A stretch of DNA of 63,172 nt, the filler included. It is 8 parts of 8 records of this genome, joined end to end, with 100 filler letters (N's around TTAATTAATTAA, not from the genome) between each part and the next. Parts side by side here need not be neighbours in the genome. Positions count along the whole stretch, not along the records: positions 61,058 to 63,172 come from SRR20825015_521; 7 more parts are not named here. One strand, given 5' to 3'. Below are positions 61,085 through 63,172 of this stretch, in pieces. Both the position numbers and the translations under genes were made by a program. The stretch's first letter is position 1. Each line of letters begins with the position of its first letter. Below the pieces are notes generated by a model. The model saw only the letters and a program-made list of their open reading frames with translations, did not search any database and was not told the origin of the DNA.

Positions 61085-62993
61085 ATGTTCGTGCGATTCG
61101 CCAGAGAAACATCCGGCACAGGTAGATGGGACTTCCAGAAGTTTTCTGAGCCTCCAGGTGTGGTGTGGAGCAACCGCTCTACCGCTGCTTTGAATTCTGT
61201 GTTTGACAACGCGTTGGTGAAGAATACGAGCGCCTCTGTGCAAAGGTCGAGGGAGAGTTGAGCGTCATCATCGTCTTCCAGGAAAGACATGATCGCAGCA
61301 GCTTTCTCAATGTCCGCTTCTTTGTTGGCGACAGCAATGTGACGCCGGAGGTCTCCGATGGTGAGGTAGCCATCATCAAGAACGTCCAATCCTAGAACCA
61401 CCACCCACAGCACCTCTTTGCGCCTTTGGTAAGACATTTGGGGCGTCTTCGCAGTTACTGGATCGTTCAGGCCCATGAACTCCTCTACCCTCTCCTCGAG
61501 TGCGGTTGCGTCAACATCTTCCAACAAATTCGACATAAACTCCACGAAGACGCCCACCTCCACCTCCCGCGGTACTCGGTGAGATACCATTGCCTCCCGT
61601 AGATCGTAGTTCTGCAGCTGTGGGTTCAGCTTCTTTGCCAACGCCGCAACGATCCGGTAAGACAACTTCCCAACCTTGTCTTTCTGATCTAAATACACAA
61701 AACACCCCTCGAACAACTTCTTCTTCAGCCCCCGCTGTGCCATTGTCGTCTCAATTTCAGTCAGTGCAGGAGACGATGAGGACGAACGCGAAGGAGTGGA
61801 TGGTCGTCCATAGAAGGAAGCACTGGTTGACGGGCGCAAACCAGGGCGGGTCGGAGTGAACCTTTGGGTGCGGTCGCACTGTTGCGACCTCGGGCGACCG
61901 TCACTTCCAAAGTAGGTTGACAAGTCCCTCTTGGGAGTGTCTAACTGACCAGTGGACGTGTTCTTCCAGTAGAAGTCACTTCCCACGTTGGCTAGCGACG
62001 CACCCAAGCTCGGTCCGAGTGCGCGACTCCAATACTCATTTTTCGGATTGTGACCCAACCTTGCAGCGAGGGCCAACTCGTTCTCGTTTGAAGATTTGCT
62101 GCTGGCGAAGATGTCGTGCACGTTGTCTCGTTGCGCCTCTTTCCGGAATGACGAGGGTCGGGGAGTGGTTGGAGTGGTGGTGGATGGGCGCACCATGGAG
62201 GATCTGGGGGTAGAAGTCCTTGGAGCGTCGCTAACAGGTTTGGGCGGGGGAGACGGACTCATTGGTGAGAAGACTCTCGGAGAAGTTCCTGCAGCGCCTC
62301 GTGGTGTGTGAGGCCACTGCTGGGTGTGACTGTGAGGAGTATCTGGGGTGGATGGAGACACTCTGGTCAGGGAGGGCATAGTCAGTCTGGACGAGGCTCT
62401 TTCTGTGCCGGCAAGCATGGAGTGAGTGGAGGCGCTACTGTTGGGTCGGCGACGAGTGATGCACTTGTTCGCCGGTGGCAATCTCTTCGCGAAGTAACCC
62501 TTCATGTGTTTGTCTGACGAAGAGGAGTACTCGGGATAGTGTTTGTTAGTGACGGGTTTGCGAGTGTCCCAATCTGATCCCAACTCCATGGGCTGACCCA
62601 CCGAGGAGCTGAAGAAGAAGTCGTTATGCGATTGGATGGGTGTTAGGGAGGGACCGCGTGTGAAGGAGGCAACCGTCAGTCACACTTACGTCAAGTTGAT
62701 ATCGTCGAGGAAGGTGTGGCGAGTCTGAGGACTGAAAGAACCAGGTATGACAGTTGAGGTGTCTCTGCAACAAGAGTCGGCAGTCAGAGTTGATTGAACG
62801 CCCTAATTGAACTCATTACTCACTCATAGTTTAACACGAGGTCGGATGGAGCGATTGTCACCAAGTTGGACGGGACGGAGGAGTTGGCAGTGGTCCTCGT
62901 CCACAGTCTCATGTCAGTGACACGCGTTTCTGGTGATCGCATGGCCAAGGTGTTGAGACACACCTCAACCGCATCAGGAGGAGGGGGAACGGG
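61058..62993 (-). CDS. Partial spliced eukaryotic gene (exons 62993-62824, 62764-62690, 62608-61058), Ser/Pro/Thr-rich region plus degenerate EF-hand-like domain
   Basis: GT-AG introns at 62823-62765 (GTGAGT..CTGAC..CAG) and 62689-62609 (GTAAGT..CTAAC..CAG). Splicing gives one open frame (NYE-DTSTVIPG...INLT-SSVGQPM). Confidence 0.75.
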
Positions 62994-63150
62994 CTGAGAA
63001 CAGAAGTGGTTTGTTAGAGTTAGATAATGAAAAACGAACGAACAAACAAAAGATTCACACACATGAGAAGAACGCAAAGTTGATGGGCAACAAACACACA
63101 AATCAGGCTGATGTTGAACGAGCAACACACGGGAAAATGATCGGCGGAAA

Positions 63151-63172
63151 ACACACACACACACACACACAC
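63151..63172. repeat. (AC)11 microsatellite
   Basis: Read directly at the window end. Confidence 0.95.

Overview
This window is not one locus. It is eight unrelated contigs joined by 100-nt N-TTAATTAATTAA-N spacers. (1) 1-27448: probably Verrucomicrobia/Opitutae-like, with a sugar-acid catabolic cluster, putP, a KDSR-like SDR, comA, tmRNA and a giant (>2900 aa, truncated) secreted beta-propeller/Ig protein. (2) 27549-29753: alphaproteobacterial phoR-pstS-pstC with a triple Pho box. (3) 29854-38187: Marinobacter-like DNA with a tRNA 3' end, a chemoreceptor behind a Pho-box-like promoter, and uvrY-uvrC-pgsA. (4) 38288-40910: Rhizobiales-type ftsK and ymdB. (5) 41011-44559: a sugar-acid dehydratase divergent from a tripartite tricarboxylate transporter. 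(6) 44660-49650: GST, LysR, YdeI, DUF1636, a solute-binding protein and nudC. (7) 49751-60957: the head-tail module of a lambda-like siphophage. (8) 61058-63172: an intron-containing eukaryotic gene flanked by microsatellites. Taxonomic labels are inferred from recognised protein families, not from searches. I found no CRISPR array, defence system or other clearly new multi-gene system. The strongest hidden signals are translational, in the phage: a ClpP-scaffold-capsid ORF with two internal AAGGAG-N6-ATG starts, and a -1 frameshift site followed directly by a perfect 17-bp hairpin. Other good leads are the Pho-box chemoreceptor, the eukaryote-like KDSR homologue and the unusual catabolic cluster.
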